Shown one piece after another: positions 23,286-36,200 of a DNA stretch of 64,000 nt. The position numbers and the translations under genes were made by a program. The stretch spans positions 310,001 through 374,000 of the forward strand of contig JASANG010000245.1 of the NCBI GenBank assembly GCA_030248215.1, written 5' to 3'. The number at the start of each line of letters is the position of its first letter. Within the stretch, counting starts at the first letter, position 1. The notes under the pieces were generated by a model that saw nothing but the letters and a program-made list of their open reading frames with translations, did no database searches and was not told the DNA's origin. The DNA comes from Enoplolaimus lenunculus (Eukaryota).

Positions 23286-24822
23286 AACTATTTTAACAGG
23301 TGACAAACAATGTTTCCCTTGAGACCTGGTGTTTTTGGATAAAGAAGCGATCATATATTTAGTAAAGATACCGTCAGTTCAGTTGAACTCAAACTACTCG
23401 ATGAACAATTTCCAACTTAAAGATCAACGCAATATTGAGTTACTTTTTATTTGTTATACTTGGAGGGAATGCATTAAGGGCATCATCAATGCACCAGCAA
23501 TGATGTCATTATCACATCATCATTTGTAATGTTCCTTGTAGTCTTTCTCGAATACATCATGCCTGTGTTGGTTTCAGGTTACGACCGGTAGTTTACTTTC
23601 GGCACAGGTTCAAAATTGACCTCTGGCTCCGGAACAACTTGTGTAACTTGCAAGCAGTACAAACCCGTAGCCAAGGCACAGTCGGTGGGGTAAGCGGAAC
23701 ATAGACGGTCTCCTGAAATTTTTTTTGACCCAGTCATGTACATGTAAAATTTTACGCTTAAGTTTCAAAAAAATAAAATTTATTGAGAAACTGACCCTTT
23801 TGCCTAAGCCTAATTCTATACCTAAAGCAAAAACTAAAACCCTATTCACACGTGCAAGTTTTTGCTTCGATAACTTGAAATGTTTTTGGCTCAAATACGT
23901 CTGCGTAAAACAACAACCAAATCCGCAGTTCAAAAGAGGTGATCATGGGCAAACCGAAAAAAAATCCAATTTTAAACCAAAGTAAGCCATCAGGATGGAC
24001 GTCCAAACTGCCCGGTTGAACTGAAACGCAAATAAACTCGTTTCAAAAATACCGAGTCAAACAAACTAATTACACAATCAATCGAATATATTGCGTTCAC
24101 CGGTTTCAGTGGGACAACGGCAATGCCTGTGTGCAATAACGCTTCTTAGTTAAGACGGCAGCGTAGAATTATCGTCCAAATGGAATATTAATTTAATTTC
24201 TCCACAAACCACACACACACGGTTTGGGTTCAAACTTGAATAGATATTATTAGGTTTGCCGTACGTCGTCTACCGGTTTCGAAGTTTATGCCGATAGCGG
24301 ATTTGGTTTGAACGAAGTATTCGAGTTAAAATTAGAACAGCGGTTGCGTACTTTTCCTCAAAAAGCTTGTGTTTAAAGTCTAAATTCAACCATGTAGCCC
24401 GTTCACCTTGCCGAGGAGGCGGGGCTGTAAATTTTTCAAGAGGGGCAGACAAGGGTTTTCAATGACTTACAAGCAAGGTTGAAAATTTTCTAAAGATGGC
24501 CAAACGGCTTCCAGGGGCGCTGGACCTTCTGGTCTCCCTTTTGCTATTGGATTGTCTAAGTTACGTCAAAATTAGAAAATTTTAAAAGTACGATTAAGGT
24601 ATAGAAGTGTATATACAAGCACCATGTTAAAATTAGGTATACATGTCAACGCTATAGTGTGTTGCAAACTATGATATAAAGCTAAAAGGAAGAATAGCTA
24701 ATAGTAAAATAGAAAATTGGCCTTCTACTTGAATTCCGGCGGTCTAAATTGCAACGGGGAAAGCTTTAAACCGGATAACGGGGCCGTTCGTGTATAATTT
24801 TCGGTTTACTGACAGTTTGTAA

Positions 24823-25044
24823 GGCGCATGTTACTTTAAAGGCCGTCCCGGTTTCTGGTAGATCTGTAAAAAAGTAGGCTTACATTCTAGACAACATTTT
24901 TTGCTTAGACTTAGGCTTATGGCTTAGGAATACGCTTTTGCCACGCTTTTGGCTTAGGAATACGTTTTTGCAACGCTTAGACTTAGGCTTACGGCTTAGG
25001 AATACGCTTAATCTACTGTTACGACCCTAAAAGTAACATTAGCC
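24823..25044. mobile_element. GGCC-TIR MITE (GTTACTTT subfamily)
   Basis: GGCGCATGTTACTTTAAAGG ... CCCTAAAAGTAACATTAGCC with GGCTTAGG repeats. Confidence 0.75.
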
Positions 25045-25976
25045 GTCAGAACAGGAACCAGATGGATAACCTAAATGGGCCATTAATATTATGCATCAGG
25101 CAAAAAACCTCTTTCAGCACAGCCTTGGCTTATAAAATTTGAAGTATTAATAAGCGGTAACATATTTTGACAGCTGAGCAACACCTGTGTTCTGTGCGGT
25201 TCATTGCTGTCTTATTTTGTTGGCCAGTTCTGCTAAAATATTAATTTCAAAATTAGCCAAGTCATTACATTAATTTAATCAGGTATCACCAGAAGTTTGA
25301 CATTGATAAAATACCTGCATACAGGTGCGACGTAGTCACAGAGGGTGCGGCCGAGGCCGGCTCGCCATCTGAATTTAAAAACCGAAATTAAAAACGTTAA
25401 TGCTAACATTGCGTTTGAGTTTTCAATTGTACAACTGCCATGTGCATCCCACGCTTCTCTGTACATTGTGATGTGTACGTATGACGTGTTGAAAAATAAA
25501 CAAACACGTCAATACAGTCAAACAACCAATGATAGATCTGCAACACATGATCTGTAGCAGTCTCAACAAATAGGATTGCGGCACGTATGCGGTCACTTGA
25601 AACCACCATTGAGAATACTGCAACACTAAATCAAGCAGCAACCAATAATCGTTATCTTCTAGAATGATCCGTGAGGGCTATAAAAGTCCTGTAAAAACTT
25701 TGACATTAGTTAGTTTTTCGTTTTTCGTTTATTCGCAATTGTTGCTTTACCATCCTCGTTTGTTTCAATAAAATCCTTGTTTCATTCAACTGTTCGTTTA
25801 GTTCCGGTTTACGACTTACACAATCGCGAGTTTGGCAGCTCCGGTTCCGCTTCTGCGATCCGGCTGGCGTAGAAAATATAAATTTTTGACAGAAAATATT
25901 CGACGTCAGTAAAGGATGGTCATGCTATAAATCAATTTACGGATTTTACGCCAAACGGCACTGATACCGAACGATT

Positions 25977-26173
25977 GGGCCATTTGAGCCTTTGTAAAGA
26001 ACACGTGCGGAACAGTGTTATAAGCATATTCCTAAGCCTAAGCCTAAACCTAAGTGTAAGAATGAGCATATTCCTAAGCCTAAGCCAAGCAAAAAAATTA
26101 GTCTCAAGCTTAAGTTTACTCTATTGCAGTCGCGCGGAAAATAACGTTCCGCCCGTAATTTTTTGCATGGACC
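25977..26173. mobile_element. GGCC-TIR MITE with CCTAAG repeats
   Basis: Internal ATAAGCATATTCCTAAGCCTAAGCC...GCAAAAAATTAGTCT shared with the family. Confidence 0.7.
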
Positions 26174-27279
26174 ACAATTTGTTACAAAGTTACACCAGTG
26201 ATTTTTGAAATCAGTATTGAATTTGTGTTATTCCGACCATATTTTCGTTTATGAAAACACAATGGCACACTGTACGTTGAAAACTTATGAGTTCAGATTG
26301 GCCACAAAAATATTTGCTATTAGCAACCCTTGGCTAGGAATATTATAATAGAACTTCTACCTTTTACGTATAAGCGTACAATATTTTAGCACAGATATGT
26401 ATAACAAAATGTTAAATTCAAATTAAGCATAGGAAACCGCTGCTTTTGAACTCAGAACGGTAGCCAGCTCACCTTGCTAGAGGGGCTAAAAATTTTCAGG
26501 GGAAGCATACATAAAAGCCCCTCCTGGCCGCCTCTACCTACGGTCCACTTGAACACCTACAACGTAAAGTTGGCTTAAGATTACTTATGTGGGCTTAAAC
26601 TAAGGTTTAGGATTAGTCTTAGGCTTGTAATGAAGTAAAATATGGACAACTGCCGAAAGTGCTAGAATGTTTTTGAAATTTGTGTGGGGGTACATGTAAA
26701 CGCAAAACGCAAGTTGGGTGGAATAAAATATTCAAGTTTCAAAAACTTTCAAGTTACATATTCACTGAACTCATTGCGAAATACATTCTGCGCAAGAAAA
26801 GCCAAGTTGAAATATACGTGTTTTTGGGTGTTAAAAGTATGATAAATGCTCTGTTTGTTATAGTAGGTTTGCGGTCGTGTTATACATCTAAATCAATTGA
26901 ATTGAACGAAATAGCTTTGCCTGAGTTTCCTGAAGTAAGACGATTAAAACAATTTCATTTAATTTATATTCCAATGATAATTTTTAAAAATATTTTTTCT
27001 TCCAATCGAAGCGGTTGAAAGACGAGTATCAAAGGTTTAAATTGATAAATCAATTAACACCCCCCCCCCACACGCAAGTGGTGCAACAGTTGAATTGATA
27101 CCATGAGGGGCGGAGTTTCATTGATACTACCGAATTGAGGTTAGCCTTTTATTTTTAACAGTTGTCGCTTCAGCTCGTTAAAGTTTAGGTTGTTCTTGGT
27201 CTAATCAATATTAGTTGATAGTTCGGGCAAAAGCTGCTATGATAGTTTACCGGTTAGGGGACTATTATGCTACAATTAG

Positions 27280-30200
27280 GCGATGGGAGGGTATTCGTCA
27301 GAATGGACCGTTTTGAGGACGTTATGTACAGAGGACGGATTTTGGTCAGAGAAAGCAAAGTTTTTAAGACTCTTTCAAGATAGCGATGCTTCCAAAAAGG
27401 TTCCTTGAAATCCTGGGCCAACGTAAAGAACGTGGGAGGAATAGTATTATAAGCTTATTCCTAAGCCTAAGCCTAAGTGTAAGCCTAAGTGTAAGAATGA
27501 GTTTTTTCCTAAGCCTACGCCAAAGCCTAAGCCTAATCCAAGCAAGAAAATTTAGTCTAAAGGTTAAGCTTACTCTTTTCGAGGCTCACAGTAAAACGTT
27601 CCGCGCCTGATCTTTACATGGGCCAAATCCTTCAACACCTCGTACAACTCCTAGCAAAAGCTTCGTGGGGTTTCTGGCAGTTAGTAACAACCGGTATGAG
27701 TTATATAAATACAGCTTTACATGTCTACGAATTCAAATTTGCTATGAACAATATTTTCGTGTCATACCGTTCCGGTTCCACAGTGAAAATTTCTCATTAG
27801 CTCTGTTAAACATTTTGAGTCTTTCTCTTTCAAGGAGGAAAAAAGTTAATTGATATCTTAGGTGAAAACTAACATCAAACGCAACTTTGCTACTGACACC
27901 ATTTGTCATTCACAGTAGAGTCAACGATTTAGCTAAAACCTAGGCTCGTATTCTCAAATGTGTGTAGCAGCTATCATCAGTTAGCGATAAGTTTTCAATC
28001 TGACGAACATCTGCAATTGCAGATCTGCAAAATTGGTACAGTAGTCGGGCAAATCAAACGCGAATAATGTGCTGAATTTTGAACCTCACCATGCGCTGGT
28101 TCGAAAGTTACAAGACGTATCACCAACTGGCGATAGGCCTTACAAACATTTGAGAATATGAACCCTAACTTAAGGCTGGGCCTTAGTCCAAGTGTAGGTT
28201 ATGCCAAAATTTGTATAAACTTTGAAAACTGTATAGGTACAAGTATACAAGGCCCATCTGATCAATGCGCTTGAAATTTTTAGTGTTTCAATGGAGGAAG
28301 ACTATCCGTGTTGAGCGCTGAGACCAAATGTAATTGTCGAAGTGGTTACACTGCGCCTCGTTGTTATTTTCAAACGACCGATAATCCTTGTTTAGGACAT
28401 AAATGTCAGTCGGGTTCAACGTGTATACCAGACGGTCAAAAATTTCGATACACTTGTTCTTGTGGTCACAACAAAATAGGATTTTTGTAAGCTTACAAGC
28501 TGAATTCTAAGATACTGTAATACGAATATATAGCGAAGCCAGTGTCCAATAAAAGGTTCGTATGATACTTACATTGGCCAATGTAAAGAACAGGGGCGAA
28601 ACAGTATTATAAGCATATTCCTATTAAGCCTAAGCCTAAGCCTAAAACGTAAGAATGAGCAAATTGCTTTGCAAGCCTAAGCGTAACAATGTGCATATCC
28701 CAAAGCCTATGCCCTGCGCCTAAGCCAAGCAAAAAAAAATAGTATAAAGCCTAAGCTTACTCTCTTGCAGACACGCAAAAATCGTTCCGCCCCTGATCTT
28801 TAAATCGGTCCCTATATCAGACAAAACCCCAGTTTGGGCTGAATATATACATTATTAAGGTCTTCACAAGATTATACGCTACTTTTTGAGAATCTTTGAA
28901 GTTTCAATTTTAATTGCCGTCAGTACATCGCGTCATCCATGTATCATTTCAAATTTAATACTGAACCACCGATAATAACTCATCAGCGAACTAAAGCCAT
29001 CTTTTGAAAATTTCATCAGTAAAGACGGCACTATTTTGTATGCAGGCACAACATTAATCCCTTCTCACATTGAGTTGCCTATAGGCAACTCAGCGCAGTG
29101 TATATACGTTAAATAGTATATATCGCACCGTGTTTAACAATTGCAACACGTATATACAGCACTAAATCACCACAAGACGTGAGAGCCCCATCGGGCTCGA
29201 GCGTTAAGCTCCTATAGCTGAGTGGTGATGGTATACGCCTCCCACTCCAGTCACTGGAGTTCGAATCCTACCATAAAAGTAGGTCTTAAGGGAAATAGAA
29301 AATATTCATGTGAGAAAGGGTTAAACATCCCGTTTACAAAAACAAGCAGCTTTTCGCGTGTTTTTATAATCATTTGTTCAAAACGGCTTCCACAGGCTGA
29401 AATTTCTGTGATTTGAAACGACGCTCAGCTACCGTTTCGCACTGAACGGTTCCATAATGTCTTTTATACACTGCAAGAAATGGTGAGTCAAATTGACTCG
29501 CTCCGAAATTGGATTTGCCGGACTACACAAATTGAGTCAAAACGCGACTCCATCGGAGTCCCATTCGACTCACTGAGCCGCAGTTTGGACTGTGGCAGAG
29601 TCGAATTTTGACTCAGTTTGTGAAATCAGGAAAATCCTATTTCGCACAGAGTCAATTTGACTCACCATTTTTTGCAGTGTGCGCTAAAACACAATTCGTG
29701 TTTTTATCAGATATGTCAGCTGATGCCGTAAACTGCTATAGCGTGAAGAATTTGCGGAACGACAATTAAACCATTTTGTTTAGTGTCCTTTGAAATTTCC
29801 GGGGTGGGGGGCGTCAAAGGGCGCAGGCCCCTTGAGTACACAAGTCGATATCTGTCTTGTTAAATTTACGGTTGTAGGGTGAAAAAGTATCCCACCGCTT
29901 TTCAGTTGTGAGGGTATGCTGAACGAGGACGTTTGAGACCATTCCAACGGATGCCAATGTATTAAGATCCCAAGTTGAAAATTGATTACAGTTTCAACCG
30001 TATGATTTATAGCTGCGATTCTGACGTTAGTGCAACGCAGTGTCACAATTATTGTCAAAATGGCGGTGTTCCTAGTTTGAATTCCGAAAATAAATGTCAG
30101 TGCGATTGCAGGAAATGGACCAGTGGTGAGAAATGTCAAGTTAGTTTTGAGTTATGGTATATTTCGTTCTGTCTTAATGAATAGACATATTAATATAATT

Positions 30201-33200
30201 ACCAATTTGAATAAATTAAACTTTAAATTATTATACTGTAATATTTGACGTTTAGAAGCAAATAGAACATTTCAGCTAATACCGCTATACAAGCATGTAG
30301 CCAGCTCACCTTGCTAGTCTATAAAAGCTTAAACTAGCTTGATTTAAGCTTAAAGTAATCCAGCGGTATTAAACTAACCTTCTAGATTAACTATGGGTAG
30401 ATTAGCGCTTAAACTCGTTTACATATTTTCAGTTTAAACTAAACTTAAGGAACTCTTAGATGCACATAATTTCTGGCCAGCACTTGCTACTTAAACTAAA
30501 AATACGTTTAGTTAAACTCGTGTTAAACTTAAAATCATATTAGTTTAAGTAAAACTTAAAATTCTAGTTTAGTTAGCACGTCAAGCCATTTAAGTTTAAC
30601 TAAATCTTATATTCAAGTTTAGTTAAGCTTTACTTTTAATTTAAGTTTTTAGAGAGTAGAGGGTGCTGGAAAATTTTTTAGCAGGGTCATACAAGGGTTT
30701 GCGTTGATTTACAAACAAGTTTGAAACTTTTCTATGGGGCTAAAATATTTCCACTGCGGGTTCATCTCCTCGCCATTGGTTTGGGCCCACTAATGGCTAT
30801 GATGCCGCTATATGTAGAAATTTATGCGCCTTTGAATGGCGTTTTTAGTTATTTGTGGCTAAAAGGATTTGCTGCAAAATCATTATAAGAATATACGTTT
30901 TAGTATTAACTAAAGACTCGTCATTGCCTAACAAATGAATTGAACAAGAGTATATACAGCATTGCCACAAACCAAAAACAGTCCAAAACAAACACCACAC
31001 CCCCCGAGTCAAATTCGACTCCGCCACAGTCAAACGTGCGACCCTGTGAATCGAATGTGACTCTGGTAGAGTCGAGTTTTGACTCTATTTGCGTAGTCCC
31101 GAAAAGCCTATTTCGGAGAGAGTCAATTTGACTCACCATTTTTTGCAGTGTAACCGCATATTTCATAGCGGTTTATTGTATGTGTACACAGGTTCGAAAT
31201 GAATCGCTAAACTGTTAGTGTCGCGAAACGCTATTTACACAACCGAGAACAGTTTTACCGGTTTATAAACCAATATGGACGCTTAAACACATAATTCGAC
31301 TAGTTCTTTTTGACACGATTTCTGTACAGTTTTTGGATTAAACGCGTGATTCATTAATATGACCAGGGTGAAGCCGGAGGCGAAAAAACCGGTACCGGAG
31401 CCGGAGGTCAACAAAATTTGCTAGAGCTGAAGCCGGATGTGAAGCGAAATTTACGCTGTTGAAATAATGTTTAATTTTTAAATTTTAGCAAATATTTGTA
31501 GTGTGTCGTTAAATCGTTTGGTTTTACGTTTATTTTGAAGAAATCCAGTCAATTCTTTGCTCGTAAAACAATGAAAAATTTTACTTCTGAAACTGGCGGA
31601 ACATCCGGTTCGCCGGAACTGTAGGTCAACTTTCTGCCGGAACCGGAGACAGACCTCCGGTTGTACGCTGATTATGACGGTTCCAGATAAAAAGCCCATG
31701 TTTGGATTCTTGTGTTTTTGGAACGTGTAAAGAAATCAAGCGATCAGCTCATTGTACCTGTTTCGAAAATTATTCCGGACAAAAATGCAATCGTTACACG
31801 CCGACAGGTAATAATTATCGGGTTTCCGAACCTGTACCACTGGTCAAAGTTCACAGAAAAAGTTTGCCAGTAAAATTAGAAACTAGCAAAACATCATTTT
31901 GGTACCATCTGTAGGGCATAAGCAGTATTACAATTGTTTATTTCAGTTAAGGGCCAATGGAAAGAACAGGGGCGGAAAAGTGTTATAAGCATATTCCTTA
32001 AAGCTTAAGCCTAAGCCGAAACCTAAGCCTAAACGTAAGGATGAGTTTATTCCTAAGCCTAAGCCTAAGCCTAAGCCAAGCAAAAAATTTGCCGAAAGCT
32101 GAAACTTACTCTTTTCTAGTCCCACAGAAAATGTTCCGCCCCTTATCTTTACTTGAGCCCAACTATGGGATAGTGTCCGAAATTATATTAAAAAACGCAA
32201 AATTATCCTTAGCCAATGAGTGTGTTTGTAAGGCATCATACAGCATTGTGGTACAGCGTCTGAGGTACACGAAAACCTGTGTGTACAATGATTACTGCAT
32301 GTTTTCCGATTATGCCCCCTGAAACTTTCAGTATATACCTATGGAAATCAACTAGAACGGTGTCCAAAATTACGTAAAGATAAGGGGCGAAACGTTTTTG
32401 TGTGGGACTAGAAAACAGTAAGTTTCAGCTTAAGACTAATTTTTTTGCTTGGCATAAGGCTTAGGCTTGTGAATATGCTCATTCATACGCTTAGACTCAC
32501 TAGCGGATCCAGAGTGGGGGACGGGGGCCTATGCCCCCCGTCAGAAATGGTTTTGTGTTAAAATGGTAATGCCCCTACACTCAAAATTCAATTTCTGAAA
32601 TAGCAGAATTAAACTCTGTTATTTCAGACATTAAAGTTTGGAACTTTGCTCATGACTTTGATATACCTTACATTCTGATTTGAATTTATGGGTCTGACAC
32701 ATACCTAAAACGGTGTATTATGATTGGCTACGAAAATTGCGTTTGGGCTCTCGCTCGGTGGTTCACTTGTGCGTTTATCATTACAGTGAAAAAGATAATA
32801 AACGAATGGTATATAATTTGCAGAAAGTTCCGTTTTGATAAGGTTTCAGGAACTTTATAATCATTTTGAAGTGATCAGAGGAGGCCTCGATTGACGGGTT
32901 TGGGTCCTTCAGGTGTTCCAGCAACGAAGTGGGAGACGTCGTGGTTTTCAGCGACGGACTCGAAGAGGTTTTATGTTTTTAACGGCGGGTCAGGGAACCC
33001 TCGGGGTTCTCAACGGCGGCCTTTTGTAATTAAAATCGACACAGCAATTTGTTAATATTTAAATAGGGCACAGTGATAACCCGTGCGCGACGATGAACTG
33101 CAATAATGGGTCGTGTATTGTTCTACCCGCAATTCCTGGCTCGAAGACTCGAGCAACTGCCCGATGCCTTTGTCCGCCTGGAATTGGTGGAAACCACTGC

Positions 33201-36200
33201 GATAAAGTGCCAACGAGCTTTGAAACCATACAAGATTGTCAGTCGATTAACTGGAACAAATTTTCAAATTCACAAATTAACTGCAGTAAACACGGCAGTT
33301 GCCAGCCACAGAACGAGTCGTTTGTGTGCGAGTGAGTTGAGTTGAAAGGTTTGATGGAGTGTCGTGTTCAGCCTAACGCATCCTCTCATGTGGATGGCTC
33401 GTAGGCTCATGGGAACCTCAATTGGATGGGCCGCAGGCTCATGGACCTCTGACGAAATTTTAAAATATGTAAACTTTTTTGCGTCAAACTTTGAATTTGT
33501 CTGAATTAATTTCGTCTTTCGCTTGCTTTGCGTGCTAAATTTTGTTTACCCTGTTCAAGTCAGTATTGTAGTGACCCGAATAAGAGGGGGGACTGATATT
33601 TATTTGGCTGGCATCTCCACAGGATACCCCTCTGTTATTCAGTTAGGACTGTTAATTATTTTTAATAAGCTCTCCGCCGCCCTTCGTTACAGATATATGC
33701 GGTATGACAGCTATCCACTGAACTAAACGTTTATTTGTCTTGTACCAAAAACTTAAGCAATAATGCAAGGTTATACTTAGGAGTGTACTCCCAAAACTTA
33801 GGTGTGCTTTAAAGTTTCGAAATCAATTTTGTTTAGTCCTGGAGTCATATTTCCACTACATTTACGGGATAACTGACATTTATGGACTCTAATTAGAGTT
33901 TAGGGACTCTATCCACTTACGGACTCTCATTAGGGATACGGACTTCTATTGATTGGGACTCAGAATGGTTACCCCCTTCGTATTACCCGTCCTCTTATTC
34001 GGGTCACTAAAGTACAAAGTTTCAATACATTTTATGTAAATATATAAGAGTCTGTCTTTCCATAGTGCGGAAAATACCATTTTGTGTTGAGATTGAATAT
34101 ATTTTTAGTACATGATTTTAAAAATGTGATTGGCTTTTTGTTCGCTGCGCTCGCAACGTTTTTCACTATTACCTTCTGGTATATCTGTAAATCTCAGTAA
34201 CACCTCTTCCAAATCCGTAATTTCGCTCCACTCGTAAATTTTCGAACGATTTTTAGAAAAATTGTCACAAATATCAGAAAAACTTTTCAGATACGCCACA
34301 GAAAATACTTGTCTGAATAGGAATTCAGAAATACCTTTTTGGGTGTGTTCTGTATATTTTCAGATGCTATTCTGGATGGAAAGGAAAATATTGTCAAATG
34401 GTCGACGACTGTTTTACTGTACGAAATGATCAAACGGTTCCAGTGTGCCAACACAACACATATTGTGAAACAATCAATGATATGGTTCAGTGTCATTGTG
34501 GATTTGCCTACAAAGGTACAAACAATTTTTACGGAAACCGTTGCGTTTTCGTTGCAGATATACTGCAATTGTTTGAAACGAAATAAAAATGATGAAATTC
34601 AACAGAAAATTTAAAAAATTTCAATGCATCCGCTATTTTTTCTTCGAAAATCTTTGAAAAACCCGGCGAATATATGCACACGTCAATTGGTGTTGGCAGA
34701 CAAATTAAACATTTTTGTGAACTCTTATATGCTTCAATATCCGTTTTCCGTTTCCGTTATTTTTACTATTCGTTTGCACTCTGGTTTATAATTATTACAA
34801 TACACTACAAAGTCTAATGGGTAGCGCGCTTGACTCGCAAGCGGGAGGTTCTAGGTTCCCGGCGTGGCCATATCTTTCGGAGAAATCTAGGGGGGAAATC
34901 AAAAATATTCGCAGTATATTTTGGAGAAAAGGGTTCGTCCCGACCGTGCAGTTCAGACACCGAAATATATTCCACGGGACTACACAAACTGCGTCAAATT
35001 CAAGTCTTGCAGAGTCAAACGTCAACTCAGTGACTCGAATTCGATTCTGGCGGAGTCAAATCTGACTCAATTTGTGCAGGCTCATAGAGTTTATTTCGAA
35101 GGAAGTCAATTTGACTCACCATTTTCTACAGTGTGCTCTGGAATTTAACTTTACTAAACCTATACAAATAGCATGCGCACGAAGCAATTGTGCCTAAATC
35201 AAGATTATTGAAAGTATAAAAAATACTGAAGTGAATTTTGACTGCAAAAAAATCATAATAACTTAATGATCGAACTGATAGCGGAACAGAAGAATGTCAC
35301 ATAAAACATACAAGACAGCAAATATTTAAAGGCAAATATTGTGAAGAAATACGATACAACGAATGTGTCAACAATACATGCAGTTTTAATGGTGTCTGCA
35401 AACCTTGCCAAACTGATAAATCAGAAGATAAGTGGCTGATCAATGATAAGGCATGCAATTCGCTAACAACTTTTTGGTTAGTACGACAATTTCAAATGTG
35501 TTAATACTGCTGCAATATTAATGTGGTCATTTTGTATGATTAATGCTGACATATCAATAGATTTGGTCGATACAGCACTGCTTTACACTGCAAAAAATGG
35601 TGAGTCAAATTGGCTCTCTTCGAAATAGGCTTTTCGTGACTAGACAAATTGGGTCAAATTTCGAGTCCGCCCGGGTCAAATTCGATTCACTCAGTCGTAC
35701 GTTTGACTCGGTCGGAGTCAATTTTGACTCAATTTGTGTAGTCTCGAAAAGCCTATTTCGATGAGAGTCGATTTGACTCACCATTTTTTTTGCAATGTAG
35801 CCATCGCAGATGTCACTGACTAAATCAGGTGGTGCAACCGGGGTTGAAAAAAACCGAAACCGGAGATTAATCCACTTAGGGTAGCGCTGAATACGATATC
35901 ACAAGGTGAGCAATACATGTACGATAACGCACGGTGACGTGTGGTGACGAACGTCATCAAAAGTATATCACCACCCTTCAGCCGGAGGTGAAGCGAAAAG
36001 CAATGTAGAGTTTGATAATTTTAACAAATATCTTTAATTTGTTGTAAATTTTTTTTGCAAAACAATGAAAAATTTCACTACCGAAATTGCTCCATCGGAA
36101 ATTCTACCGGAATCATAGCCAAAGACAGACCTGCGGCTGCACCTTTCCAGACTAGCAATTCGTATTTATAGTGCTTTTAAAACAGCGTATATATACTACG

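Noticed and set aside
23097..23354. ORFs with LSLSLS / KPKPKP / LGLGLG runs (also 25975, 27386, 31943, 32041)
   Set aside because: Translations of the CCTAAG/TTAGGC arrays inside MITEs, not genes.
23529..25670. Candidate 5' exons of the EGF gene (23529-23577, ~24714-24803, ~25283-25324)
   Set aside because: Some phases fit, but I could not build an unbroken chain to 27280, so they were left out of the gene model.
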